Part shown: piece by piece, positions 30,031 through 39,367 of the stretch
Layout: each line of letters begins with the position of its first letter
Position numbering within the stretch: position 1 is the first letter of the stretch
Source: Castellaniella sp.
Lineage (GTDB): Bacteria > Pseudomonadota > Gammaproteobacteria > Burkholderiales > Burkholderiaceae_B
Assembly: GCF_004321985.1 (NCBI RefSeq)
Contig: NZ_SCQN01000009.1
Span: 25,033-89,032 of the forward strand
Direction: 5' to 3'
Length of the DNA stretch: 64,000 bases
Program-made: the position numbers and the translations under genes
The notes under the pieces: generated by a model
Databases searched by the model: none
What the model was told of the DNA's origin: nothing
The model's input: the letters and a program-made list of their open reading frames with translations, nothing else

Positions 30031-30108
30031 TTGAAGCGCTTCAAAAACTCGCTCCAAAAAAAGGAAATGCCGGTTTCGTGATCACCTATAATCGTTGAAG
30101 CGCTTCAT
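30031..30108. promoter_or_regulatory. Two LacI-type operators (TTGAAGCGCTTCAA 30031-30044; TTGAAGCGCTTCAT 30095-30108) and a perfect TATAAT (30087-30092) in the divergent SBP/LacI region
   Basis: Palindromes read directly from sequence, adjacent to the LacI gene. Confidence 0.8.
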
Positions 30109-30149
30109 TCCCTTGTGCCAGATTATCACGACACCAAAATTCACTGTCA

Positions 30150-31205
30150 ATGCCCAAACACCCTGCACGACCGGAGGGCAGTCACCGTCGCCCTACGCTG
30201 GCTGACGTCGCGAAGCTGGCGGGTGTGTCCCTGGGCAGCGCTTCGCGTGCGCTGTCCCTGCCGGCGCAGGTCAAGCCCAACACATTACAGGCCGTCAACC
30301 GGGCCGTCAGCCAGTTAGGCTACATCCGGGACGGAGCCGCCCGAGCGCTGGCATCGCGGCGTACCCACACCATCGCCGCAGTCTATCCGACCCTGAACAA
30401 CCCGATCTTTGCGCACTCCACGCACTCCATGCAGCAGACGCTCTGGTCACTGGGCTTTCAACTGCTCATCGCCAGCCATGAATATCACGCCGACGACGAG
30501 GCGGCGCTCATCCGGGCCACGCTGGAGCGCGGCGTGGACGGGCTCATCATGGTTGGAACCGATCATCCCGCAGCCGTCTACACCATGCTGGAGCAGTACG
30601 ACCTGCCCTACGTGCTGACCTGGTCGGTGGACGAGAGCAATCACCCCTGGTGCGTAGGCGTCTCGAACTTCGACACCGCCTATCGCCTGGCCCAGAAGGC
30701 GCTGACCAAGGGGCACCGGCACATCGGCATCTGCGGCGGGGACATCTCCCGCAACGAACGGGCACGGTGCCGGCGCAAGGGCATCCTCGCAGCTGCCGCG
30801 CAGGGCGGCGCGCAAGTCCGCGAGGAATGGATCGTCGAGTTTCCGTTTTCCTACGAAGGCGGCCGCGCCGCCATTCGACACTACTGGAACCTCGCCGACG
30901 GTCCCACGGTCATCCTGTTCGGGACCGACCTGCAGGCCATGGGTGCTCTGGACGAATGCCGCCGGATGGGCGTCCGCGTCCCGGACGACATTTCCCTCAT
31001 CGGCTTCGACGGCATCGAAGAAGCGGCTATGCTGCAGCCCGCGCTCACGACGGTCCGCATTCCGGCCCACGAGATCGGCATGCGGGCCGCACGCATCATG
31101 GCTCGGTTAATTGCCGGCGAAACGGTAGAACGCCAGAAGCCGATGGAAGCCACCTACATTGAAGGCGGGAGCCTGGGCGCCCCGCGTCAGGCCTTCGCCT
31201 CCTGA
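30150..31205 (+). CDS. LacI-family transcriptional regulator
   Basis: PTLADVAKLAGVSLGSASRAL, hinge ARALAS, VPDDISLIGFD, LTTV. Confidence 0.95.
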   Translation: MPKHPARPEGSHRRPTLADVAKLAGVSLGSASRALSLPAQVKPNTLQAVNRAVSQLGYIRDGAARALASRRTHTIAAVYPTLNNPIFAHSTHSMQQTLWSLGFQLLIASHEYHADDEAALIRATLERGVDGLIMVGTDHPAAVYTMLEQYDLPYVLTWSVDESNHPWCVGVSNFDTAYRLAQKALTKGHRHIGICGGDISRNERARCRRKGILAAAAQGGAQVREEWIVEFPFSYEGGRAAIRHYWNLADGPTVILFGTDLQAMGALDECRRMGVRVPDDISLIGFDGIEEAAMLQPALTTVRIPAHEIGMRAARIMARLIAGETVERQKPMEATYIEGGSLGAPRQAFAS

Positions 31206-31216
31206 CTGGGCAGCCT

Positions 31217-31306
31217 GCCGCGAACCAGGGTTGCAGAACCTGCCCTGGCCGGTTCATGCTGGACAATCAGATGGATCTCATCGCGCAGTTCATCGGCGCG
31301 ATCTAA
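31217..31306 (+). pseudogene. 3'-terminal remnant of a shikimate dehydrogenase-like gene
   Basis: Manual translation AANQGCRTCPGRFMLDNQMDLIAQFIGAI* aligns with the C-terminus of the 9220-10011 protein (AARQRGCTVHYGRHMLDCQVVLMVRFML). Confidence 0.6.
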
Positions 31307-31342
31307 CGGGCTGATTCTCTTTCCGGACAAGGCTGACAAGCT

Positions 31343-31765
31343 ATGAATGCGACGTCGCGCAGCGATTACAGGTATTTCCATACCATCCAGGCACGCTGGA
31401 TGGACAATGATGTGTATGGCCACTTGAACAACGCCGTGTATTACTCGCTGTTCGACACGGCCATTGCGATGCTGCTTTCAGAATGCGGGGCAGAGCTCTT
31501 CGGTGCTGGCGGGCTGAACCGGCTAGTTGTGAAGTCGGGCTGCGAGTATCTGTCTTCTCTATGTTTTCCTGGCGCCATCACCATAGGGGTCAAAATCGCT
31601 GCCCTGGGCAACTCGAGCATCCGATATGCGGTTGCAGCCTTCGGAGAAGGCCTGGATGCCGCGGCCGCACAAGGCGAGTTCATCCATGTCTGCGTAGGTG
31701 CCGACGACCACAGGCCGACTCGCATTCCGGACAGTCTCCGCAAGGCATTGAGCCGCTACGCGTGA
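31343..31765 (+). CDS. Acyl-CoA thioesterase (4HBT/YbgC hot-dog family)
   Basis: RWMDNDVYGHLNNAVY, LGNSSIRY, FIHVCV. Confidence 0.9.
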   Translation: MNATSRSDYRYFHTIQARWMDNDVYGHLNNAVYYSLFDTAIAMLLSECGAELFGAGGLNRLVVKSGCEYLSSLCFPGAITIGVKIAALGNSSIRYAVAAFGEGLDAAAAQGEFIHVCVGADDHRPTRIPDSLRKALSRYA

Positions 31766-32109
31766 TGGCTATTCGGCTCCATCTCTCGCGATGCAAAGTT
31801 CAAGGCACCCAGCCGGACGCTTAGCTTGATCGGCACCGACGGACACGGGTGAATACCCGCGACCGCGAGCCACACACCCAACAAGCGGATTTGAGGGCTA
31901 TCACACGCGTACTCCAGGAATCATGGTTTTCCCGGGTTCCGTAGCCCTCGCAATCCACGCATCGCCACCAAAGCCCGCGCCGCTGCACGCTGTCCCGCCG
32001 ACCATTCCAAAAATCGTTCAGCCGACCACAAATATTCCATCGACGCCACAACCCCCGCTGGAGATACTGCTTCCGCAGCACGCACACGCTGCCAATCCAT
32101 CTGTCCATC

Positions 32110-32856
32110 ATGAATTACACCTTCGACTTCAGCTTTATCGGCCAGTACTGGCCCAGCTTGCTGGACGGCCTCTGGGTATCGGCCGAAATGTCGGCTATCG
32201 CCCTGATCGGCGGCTTCCTGCTGGGCGTGATGCTGGCCGTGGCGCGAAGCCAGGGATCACCGCTGGTTCGCCGGCTGGCGACCGGATTCGTGGATCTGAC
32301 CCGGAACACGCCGCTGATCGTGCAGACCTTCTGGCTGTTCTTCGGCCTCTCGGCGCTGGGATTCCTGGTGCCGGCGATTGCCGCCGCCGTCGTCGCGCTG
32401 GCAATCAACACGTCGGGCTACACCTGTGAGATCGTTCGGGCGGGGATCGACTCCGTCCACTACGGACAGAAAGAAGCGGCAGCGTGCCTGGGCCTGAGCC
32501 AGTCCCAGGTGATGCGAAATGTCGTGCTGCCCCAGGCCATCGAAAAGATGTACCCGTCGCTCATCAGTCAGTTCGTCCTGGTGATGCTGGCGACATCGAT
32601 CATGTCCCAAATATCCGTCGAAGAGCTCACCGCCGTGGGCCTGCAGATTCAGACCCGCACATTCCGCGGCTTCGAGGCCTATCTGGTGATCGCCGCAGTC
32701 TACCTGGTGATGTCCTGGCTACTGCGCGTCATCATGAACCTCTGCTACAACGTCGCCTTTCCCAGGCAGCGCTACATCACCCAGGCAGAATCCGCCTCTC
32801 GCACCACGCCGGCGGCAGCGCATGGCACATCGATCGCGACAGGAGCGAAATCATGA
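32110..32856 (+). CDS. Polar-amino-acid-type (PAAT) ABC permease 1, module A
   Basis: RNTPLIVQ, GQKEAAACLGL. Confidence 0.92.
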   Translation: MNYTFDFSFIGQYWPSLLDGLWVSAEMSAIALIGGFLLGVMLAVARSQGSPLVRRLATGFVDLTRNTPLIVQTFWLFFGLSALGFLVPAIAAAVVALAINTSGYTCEIVRAGIDSVHYGQKEAAACLGLSQSQVMRNVVLPQAIEKMYPSLISQFVLVMLATSIMSQISVEELTAVGLQIQTRTFRGFEAYLVIAAVYLVMSWLLRVIMNLCYNVAFPRQRYITQAESASRTTPAAAHGTSIATGAKS

Positions 32857-33509
32857 TCCTGGGCGTGACCTACAGCCAGTGGTTCTTCATCCTTCAAGGC
32901 GCGGGTTGGACCCTGATTCTGTCGCTGCTGGGGTTCGTGGGCGGCACGGTCGTCGGGTTGCCTGTGGCCGTGTTCAGGACCTCACGCAATCTCCCGCTCC
33001 GAGTCCTGGCGGCCGGCTATGTGAAGCTGATCCAGGGCATCCCGCTTCCGGTGGTCATGTTCCTCTGCTACTTTGGTATCAGCATTGCGGGCTACGACCT
33101 CCCTGCGTTGGTCGCTGCAGGTATCGCGATGACGCTGTATTCCAGCGCATTCCTGGGCGAAATCTGGGGCGGCTGCATTGAAGCCATCCCAAAGACGCAA
33201 TGGGAAGCGTCTGAGAGCCTTGCGCTGAGCAAGCTCCAGATCCTGACCAGCGTCATCCTGCCGCAGGCCCTCCGCGTGGCCATTCCGCCGACCGTCGGGT
33301 TCCTGGTACAGATCGTCAAGAACACGTCCTACGCCGTGGTGATCGGCTTCTTCGACCTGACCTACTCGTCGCGCGTCATCAACAACTCGACCTTCAAGCC
33401 ATTCGTCATCTTCACGGCGGCTGCGCTGATCTACTTCGCCATGTGCTACCCGCTGTCCATCCTGTCGTACCGCCTGGAACGCAGGCTCAAGCGCCATTCC
33501 AGGTCGTGA
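32853..33509 (+). CDS. PAAT ABC permease 2, module A
   Basis: Start MILGVTY overlapping upstream stop; QGIPLPV, PKTQWEASESLAL, VKNTS. Confidence 0.92.
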   Translation: MILGVTYSQWFFILQGAGWTLILSLLGFVGGTVVGLPVAVFRTSRNLPLRVLAAGYVKLIQGIPLPVVMFLCYFGISIAGYDLPALVAAGIAMTLYSSAFLGEIWGGCIEAIPKTQWEASESLALSKLQILTSVILPQALRVAIPPTVGFLVQIVKNTSYAVVIGFFDLTYSSRVINNSTFKPFVIFTAAALIYFAMCYPLSILSYRLERRLKRHSRS

Positions 33510-33516
33510 GAACTCC

Positions 33517-34245
33517 ATGAATCCGACTGTCCAGTTCCAGAACGTTCACAAGCGCTACGGCCACAACGAGGTCCTGAAAGGCATTTCCTTCGACGTGCCA
33601 AAGGGCAACGTGGTCGCACTCATCGGCCAGAGCGGCTCGGGCAAGAGCACGGCCCTGCGCTGCATCAACGGGCTGGAAGAAATCCACGGCGGCGAACTGT
33701 ATGTGTGCGGTCGCGCCCTGCACGAGAAGCACTGCGACATCACCGCACTGAGACTTCAGGTGGGCATCGTGTTCCAGAGCTACAACCTGTTCCCGCACCT
33801 CACCGTGGAAAAGAATATCACGCTGGCGCCGCGCAAGGTCAAACGCACCGCCCCCAAAGAGGCGCGCGAACTGGCCGCGCATGTGCTGAGCCAGGTCGGC
33901 CTGTCGGACAAGGCGAACGAATACCCCGATCAGCTCTCGGGTGGCCAGCAGCAACGCGTCGCCATTGCGCGGTCGCTCGCCATGCAGCCCGAACTCATGC
34001 TGTTCGACGAGGTCACCTCGGCCCTGGACCCGCAGATCACCGGAGAAGTCCTGAAGGTGATCGAAGGTCTCGCAAAAGGCGGCATGACGATGGTGCTGGT
34101 CACGCACGAAATGGGCTTCGCCTCAGCCGTGGCCGACCAGATCATTTACATGCGCGACGGCGTGGTATGGGAAGCAGGAGACGGCGATCTGCTCAAACAC
34201 CCCAGAACGCCCGAGCTGCGGCAGTTCATCAGCAACGGGTTGTGA
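33517..34245 (+). CDS. PAAT ABC ATP-binding protein, module A
   Basis: GQSGSGKST, LSGGQQQRVAIARSL, FDEVTSALDP. Confidence 0.95.
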   Translation: MNPTVQFQNVHKRYGHNEVLKGISFDVPKGNVVALIGQSGSGKSTALRCINGLEEIHGGELYVCGRALHEKHCDITALRLQVGIVFQSYNLFPHLTVEKNITLAPRKVKRTAPKEARELAAHVLSQVGLSDKANEYPDQLSGGQQQRVAIARSLAMQPELMLFDEVTSALDPQITGEVLKVIEGLAKGGMTMVLVTHEMGFASAVADQIIYMRDGVVWEAGDGDLLKHPRTPELRQFISNGL

Positions 34246-34291
34246 CCAACCGGCGCACCCCGACATTTCTTACGAGAGGATGGAGCAAGCA

Positions 34292-35092
34292 ATGAATATC
34301 ATGAAGACCTTGTCCGGAACGGTACTGTGCACCGCAGCACTGGCTTGCGCCCTGGGCGCGCAGGCGAACGAACTGCAGGACATTCAGAAGAAGGGCGAGA
34401 TCCGGATCGGTGTCGACATCAGCGCACCGCCCTATGGCATGGTGGACAAGGACGCCAAACAGACGGGATTCGACATCGAATCGGCCCACCTGCTGGCCAA
34501 GGATCTGGGCGTCAAGCTGGTCGTCGTGCCGGTGACGGGCCCCACCCGGGTGCAGTTCCTGCTCACCAACAAGGTGGACGCCATCATGGCCTCGTTCTCG
34601 ATCACCAACGAACGCAAGAAGGTCATCGACTTCTCGAACCCCTACGGTGTCGTGCCGGTCGTGGTGTTCGGCCCCAAGGCTGACAAAATCGCCGGACCCA
34701 AGGATCTGGCGGGCAAGTCGATCGCGGTCACTCGCGGCACCACGAGCGACATGACCATTACGGACAGCACAAAGGGGGTCTCGGGTGTGCGGATCGTCCG
34801 CTACGAAGACGACTCCACGTCGAATACTGCGGCCTCTACCGGCCAACAGAAGGTCCTGGTCGGCGCACCCAGCGTGCTGCCGGAAATCCAGAAGGCCAAT
34901 CCAAAGGCTGACTTGGCATACAAATACACGGCCACCGAGTTCCCGATGGGGGTCGGTATCCGCCAGAACCAGCCGGAATTCAAGGCGCGCATCAACCAGT
35001 GGGTCGCCACCAACCTGAAGAACGGCGATCTGAACGCCATCTACAAGAAGTACTTCTTCGGACAGTCGCTGCCCGAAGCGATGTTGAAGTAG
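34292..35092 (+). CDS. PAAT ABC substrate-binding protein, module A
   Basis: Signal peptide, APPYG, SFSITNERKKVIDFS; GGAG RBS favours ATG 34292. Confidence 0.92.
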   Translation: MNIMKTLSGTVLCTAALACALGAQANELQDIQKKGEIRIGVDISAPPYGMVDKDAKQTGFDIESAHLLAKDLGVKLVVVPVTGPTRVQFLLTNKVDAIMASFSITNERKKVIDFSNPYGVVPVVVFGPKADKIAGPKDLAGKSIAVTRGTTSDMTITDSTKGVSGVRIVRYEDDSTSNTAASTGQQKVLVGAPSVLPEIQKANPKADLAYKYTATEFPMGVGIRQNQPEFKARINQWVATNLKNGDLNAIYKKYFFGQSLPEAMLK

Positions 35093-35164
35093 CATAACCC
35101 TGTTCATTACCCGGAGCCGCCGGACCCGACCCCCGGCGTCGGCGGCTCTCACGAGACCACTGCC

Positions 35165-36691
35165 ATGTCAACGAATACCCGTTTCCTGATCCTCAATCCT
35201 GCCGACGACGTCATGATTGCGCTGCAGGATTTCCCCAAGGGAGAACAGGTCAACCACATCGAGCTGCTCGACCCCGTCCCGTTCGGCCACAAGATCGCGC
35301 TGCGCGCCGTGGCGAGCGGCCAGCCCGTCAAGCGCTACGGGCAGATCATCGGGTTCGCAACTCAGGACATCGCAGCCGGCCAGCACGTGCACATGCAGAA
35401 CCTGGAATTTCGCGAGTTCGACAAGGACTACCGCTTTTCACAGGACTACACGCCCACCAAAATGGTCGACAAGCCCGACACCTTCATGGGGTTCGTCCGG
35501 CCTGACGGGCGCGTCGCCACCCGCAACTACATCGGCATCCTGACATCGGTGAACTGCTCGGCCACGGTCGCCCACGCCATCGCGGACCAGTTCCGGCGCG
35601 ACATCCGGCCGGAAGCCCTGGCGGACTTCCCGAACGTGGATGGCGTCGTGGCGCTCACGCACGGCGTGGGCTGCGGGATCGATTCCAGCGGCGAGGGCCT
35701 GAGAGTCCTGCAACGCACAATCGCCGGTTACGTCCGCCATCCGAACTTTGCAGGCTTGCTGATCATCGGCCTGGGCTGCGAAACCAACCAGATCCCGGCG
35801 CTGATGAAGGCCGAGGCGCTGGAAGAAAACACCAACCTGCGCGCCTTCACGATCCAGGCTGTGGGCGGTACCCCCAAGAGCATCGCCAAAGGCGTGGATC
35901 TCGTCAAGAGCATGCTGCCCGAAGCCAACAAGGTCGCACGCACGCCTGTGCCCGTCAGCCACCTGAAGATCGGCCTGCAATGCGGCGGCTCGGACAGCTT
36001 CTCAGGCATCACGGCCAACCCCGTCCTCGGCGCCGCGGTCGACATCCTGGTGCGCAACGGCGGGACCGCCATCCTGTCGGAAACGCCCGAAATCTACGGT
36101 GCCGAACACCTGCTGACCTGTCGTGCGGTAACTCCGGAAGTCGGAAAGAAACTGGTGAACGTCTTCGAATGGTGGGAAGACGTCTGCCACCGGAACAACG
36201 CTTCGATGAACAACAACCCATCGGCCGGCAACAAGAAGGGCGGCCTGACGACAGTGCTGGAAAAATCCCTGGGCGGCGTGGCCAAGGGCGGCACGACCGG
36301 CTTGATGGAGGTCTACGACTACGCGGAACCCGTCGAAGCCAAGGGACTGGTTTTCATGAACACCCCGGGCTACGACCCCATGTCGGCGACCGGCCAGGTG
36401 GCCGGAGGCGCCAACATCATCTGCTTCACGACCGGGCGCGGTTCGGCCTTCGGCAGTGTGCCGTCACCCTCGCTGAAGCTTGCCACCAACACGACCCTGT
36501 GGAATCGCCAGCAGGACGACATGGACATCAACTGCGGCAGCGTCATCGACGAAGGCCGGGACATTCACGACCTAGGCCGCGAGTTCTACGAAATGATCAT
36601 CCGTTGCGCATCTGGCGAACGCTCCAAGAGCGAACTCTACGGCTACGGCCAGAACGAATTCGTTCCCTGGCAGCCGAGCGTGATCTGCTGA
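35165..36691 (+). CDS. uxaA: UxaA-family (D-altronate dehydratase-like) acid-sugar dehydratase
   Basis: N-terminal SAF domain GHKIALR...RYGQIIG, HGVGCG, LQCGGSD, FTTGRGS. Confidence 0.88.
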   Translation: MSTNTRFLILNPADDVMIALQDFPKGEQVNHIELLDPVPFGHKIALRAVASGQPVKRYGQIIGFATQDIAAGQHVHMQNLEFREFDKDYRFSQDYTPTKMVDKPDTFMGFVRPDGRVATRNYIGILTSVNCSATVAHAIADQFRRDIRPEALADFPNVDGVVALTHGVGCGIDSSGEGLRVLQRTIAGYVRHPNFAGLLIIGLGCETNQIPALMKAEALEENTNLRAFTIQAVGGTPKSIAKGVDLVKSMLPEANKVARTPVPVSHLKIGLQCGGSDSFSGITANPVLGAAVDILVRNGGTAILSETPEIYGAEHLLTCRAVTPEVGKKLVNVFEWWEDVCHRNNASMNNNPSAGNKKGGLTTVLEKSLGGVAKGGTTGLMEVYDYAEPVEAKGLVFMNTPGYDPMSATGQVAGGANIICFTTGRGSAFGSVPSPSLKLATNTTLWNRQQDDMDINCGSVIDEGRDIHDLGREFYEMIIRCASGERSKSELYGYGQNEFVPWQPSVIC

Positions 36692-36719
36692 AGCCCACCC
36701 AACTCTTATCGGTACAACC

Positions 36720-37652
36720 ATGTCAGATCTCTATCAAAAAGCCCGCTACAAGGGCGTGTACCCCGTCGTCCCCACGATCTTCAAGGACGACGGCTCCCTG
36801 GACCTGGAAGGCCAGCTGCGCTGCGTCGACTTCATGATGGACGCAGGCTCGGACGGCCTGGGGCTGCTGGCCAACTTCTCCGAGCAATTCTCCCTGACGG
36901 ACGAAGAACGCAGGCTGCTGACTGAAGAGATCCTGAAGCACGTCGCCGGACGGGTACCCGTCATCGTCACGACCTCGCACTACAGCACCGACATCTGCAT
37001 CCAGCGCAACCGGCACGCACGCGAGTTCGGCGCCGCCATGGTCATGGTCCTGCCGCCCTACCACGGCGCGACCATCCGCTGTCCGGAAGCCGTCGTCCAC
37101 GAGTACTACAACCGGCTGTCCGATGCCAGCGACATCCCCATCATGGTGCAGGACGCGCCCATCAGCGGCACGCCCCTGTCGGCCGAATCGCTGGCCCGCA
37201 TGGCCACCGAGATCGAACAAATCTCCTACTTCAAGATCGAGACGCCGGGCGTCGCCTCAAAGATTCGTACCCTGATCCAGCTGGCCGGCAACGCCATCGA
37301 GGGTCCCTGGGACGGCGAGGAAGCCATCACGCTGCTCCCCGACCTGGACGCGGGCGCGACCGGTGCCATGACGGGCGGCGGCTATCCGGACGGCATCAAG
37401 GCCATTTTCGACAGCTACCAGACCGGGGATCGCGAAAAGGCGGTTGCGCTCTACCAGCAGTGGCTGCCACTCATCAACTATGAAAACCGGCAGACCGGCA
37501 TTCAGACGAGCAAGATCCTGATGAAGGAAGGCGGCATCATCGGCTCGGACCGGACCCGCCATCCGCTGCCGCAGGCATCGGCCGAGACCCGGAAGGGCCT
37601 GATCGAAACTGCCCGCCGACTGGACCCCATGGTCCTGCGCTGGGCCGCCTGA
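36720..37652 (+). CDS. araD: DHDPS-family L-2-keto-3-deoxyarabonate (L-KDP) dehydratase
   Basis: Close resemblance to recalled Azospirillum AraD: LANFSEQF, HVAGRVPVIVTTSHYST, FKIETPG, GPWDGEEAITLL, RRLDP.VLRWA. Confidence 0.82.
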   Translation: MSDLYQKARYKGVYPVVPTIFKDDGSLDLEGQLRCVDFMMDAGSDGLGLLANFSEQFSLTDEERRLLTEEILKHVAGRVPVIVTTSHYSTDICIQRNRHAREFGAAMVMVLPPYHGATIRCPEAVVHEYYNRLSDASDIPIMVQDAPISGTPLSAESLARMATEIEQISYFKIETPGVASKIRTLIQLAGNAIEGPWDGEEAITLLPDLDAGATGAMTGGGYPDGIKAIFDSYQTGDREKAVALYQQWLPLINYENRQTGIQTSKILMKEGGIIGSDRTRHPLPQASAETRKGLIETARRLDPMVLRWAA

Positions 37653-37671
37653 CCGGGGCTGCACACCCACC

Positions 37672-38685
37672 ATGACACCGCGCCAATTCATCGGCATCGA
37701 CTGGGGTACCAGCTCCATGCGGGCCTATCTGTTTGCCGATGATGGCCGGGTGCTGGACAGCCGCGAGGCCGGCTGGGGCGTGATGAACCTCCCAGTCGCC
37801 CCTGGATCCGACCCCGGGGACCGGGAAAGTCGATTCGCACGGGCATTTTGGGAGCTGCTGGGCGATTGGCTGGGGCAACCCGGCACCTGCCGGCGTGTCA
37901 TGGCCTGCGGCATGGTCGGCAGCAATCAGGGCTGGCGGGAAGCCGGCTACATCGGCGTTCCTGTCGCCCTCATGGACATCGCAGGGTCGCTCACCGAAGT
38001 CGACGCTGGCCAAGGCGTCACCCTGGCGATCACCCCCGGCCTGCTCCAGCAAGGCGCGCTGCCCGACGCGATCCGCGGTGAAGAAACGCAGATCGCGGGG
38101 GTACCGGCGCTGCTCGCCCAAAAGGGCACCGACATGCAGGGATGCTGGCTGCTGGGCTTGCCGGGCACACACAGCAAATGGGCCGCCGTCCAGGCTGGGC
38201 GGATCCTGCGCTTCGATACCTTTCTGACCGGCGAGCTCTATAGTCTGCTGGTGCAGCACAGCATCCTGGGCCGGACCATGGGCGACACAGTGCTGGCGCC
38301 GGATAGCGACGAATCGCGACAGTCCTTCATGCTGGGCGTGCGCAACGCCACGACCGACATCGGCCGCAAAGGGCTGCTGGGGACGATCTTCAGCAGCCGC
38401 ACCCTGTCACTCACCGGGCGCCTCACCGGCCCCGAGCAGCGCGAATATCTGTCAGGTCTGCTGGTGGGGTACGAGCTCCAGGGCCTGCTTGCCAGCCTGC
38501 AGGACGAATGGCGCACGGCGCGCATCGCGCTCGTCGGCCGGCCCGGCCTCTGCCTGCGCTACCATGAGGCTCTGCAGGAACTGGGGCACTCGGCCGACGT
38601 GCTGTCGGAGGACGCCGGCATCCACGGCCTCTGGTCCCTCATCCAGCACGCCGCCGCGCGCACGGCACCCACCGGGAGGCACTGA
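37672..38685 (+). CDS. dgoK: 2-dehydro-3-deoxygalactonokinase
   Basis: IGIDWGTSSMRAY, GMVGSNQGWREA, RGEETQ, LPGTHSKW, TGELY. Confidence 0.92.
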   Translation: MTPRQFIGIDWGTSSMRAYLFADDGRVLDSREAGWGVMNLPVAPGSDPGDRESRFARAFWELLGDWLGQPGTCRRVMACGMVGSNQGWREAGYIGVPVALMDIAGSLTEVDAGQGVTLAITPGLLQQGALPDAIRGEETQIAGVPALLAQKGTDMQGCWLLGLPGTHSKWAAVQAGRILRFDTFLTGELYSLLVQHSILGRTMGDTVLAPDSDESRQSFMLGVRNATTDIGRKGLLGTIFSSRTLSLTGRLTGPEQREYLSGLLVGYELQGLLASLQDEWRTARIALVGRPGLCLRYHEALQELGHSADVLSEDAGIHGLWSLIQHAAARTAPTGRH

Positions 38686-38686
38686 A

Positions 38687-39334
38687 ATGAACGAGCAGAC
38701 GCTGAAGCAGCACTTCCTGGCACAACTGGACGCAACCGGACTGGTCGCCATCCTGCGGGGCATCCGGCCCAATGAAGTACGGGCCATTGGCACGACACTC
38801 TACAAGACGGGTTTTCGCCTCATCGAAATCCCGCTGAATTCTCCGAATCCGCTGCGCAGCATCGAACACCTGGTGGCGGAGCTTCCGCCCGATACGCTGG
38901 TGGGTGCCGGAACGGTCATGACGCCCACCCAGGTCGCCAACGTACATGCCGCTGGCGGCCGGCTGATCGTGATGCCGCATTCGGACCCACAAGTCATCCG
39001 CGCCGCCGCCGATGCCAACCTGATCGTGCTGCCCGGCGTGGCAACGCCGACGGAAGCCTTCGCCGCACTGGCGGCTGGCGCCACGAGCCTGAAAGCCTTT
39101 CCGGCCGAACTGCTGACCCCCACCATCGTGAAGGCGTGGCGGGCCGTGCTGCCGCACGATATCCGGCTCCTGCCGGTGGGCGGCATCACCCCCGACAAAC
39201 TCCAGGCCTATCTGGAAGCCGGCGCCTCCGGGTTCGGATTGGGCGGTGCGTTATACCGCCCGGGAGACACGGCCGAAAAGGTCCGGCAGAACGCTCAGGC
39301 GTTCATGTCAAAGTGGCAACAGGTGAGGAAGTAG
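38687..39334 (+). CDS. dgoA: 2-dehydro-3-deoxy-6-phosphogalactonate aldolase
   Basis: LVAILRGI, IEIPLNSP, GAGTV, PGVATPTEA, KAFPAE, PVGGI. Confidence 0.92.
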   Translation: MNEQTLKQHFLAQLDATGLVAILRGIRPNEVRAIGTTLYKTGFRLIEIPLNSPNPLRSIEHLVAELPPDTLVGAGTVMTPTQVANVHAAGGRLIVMPHSDPQVIRAAADANLIVLPGVATPTEAFAALAAGATSLKAFPAELLTPTIVKAWRAVLPHDIRLLPVGGITPDKLQAYLEAGASGFGLGGALYRPGDTAEKVRQNAQAFMSKWQQVRK

Positions 39335-39367
39335 CCGACTCTGCGTCCTGGTCCGCAGTCTGTTGCC

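Noticed and set aside
31766-32109. 345-bp intergenic region with a 96-aa minus ORF; checked for ncRNA and gene remnants
   Set aside because: No recognisable protein, riboswitch or repeat pattern by eye; an Rfam/Infernal scan would be needed
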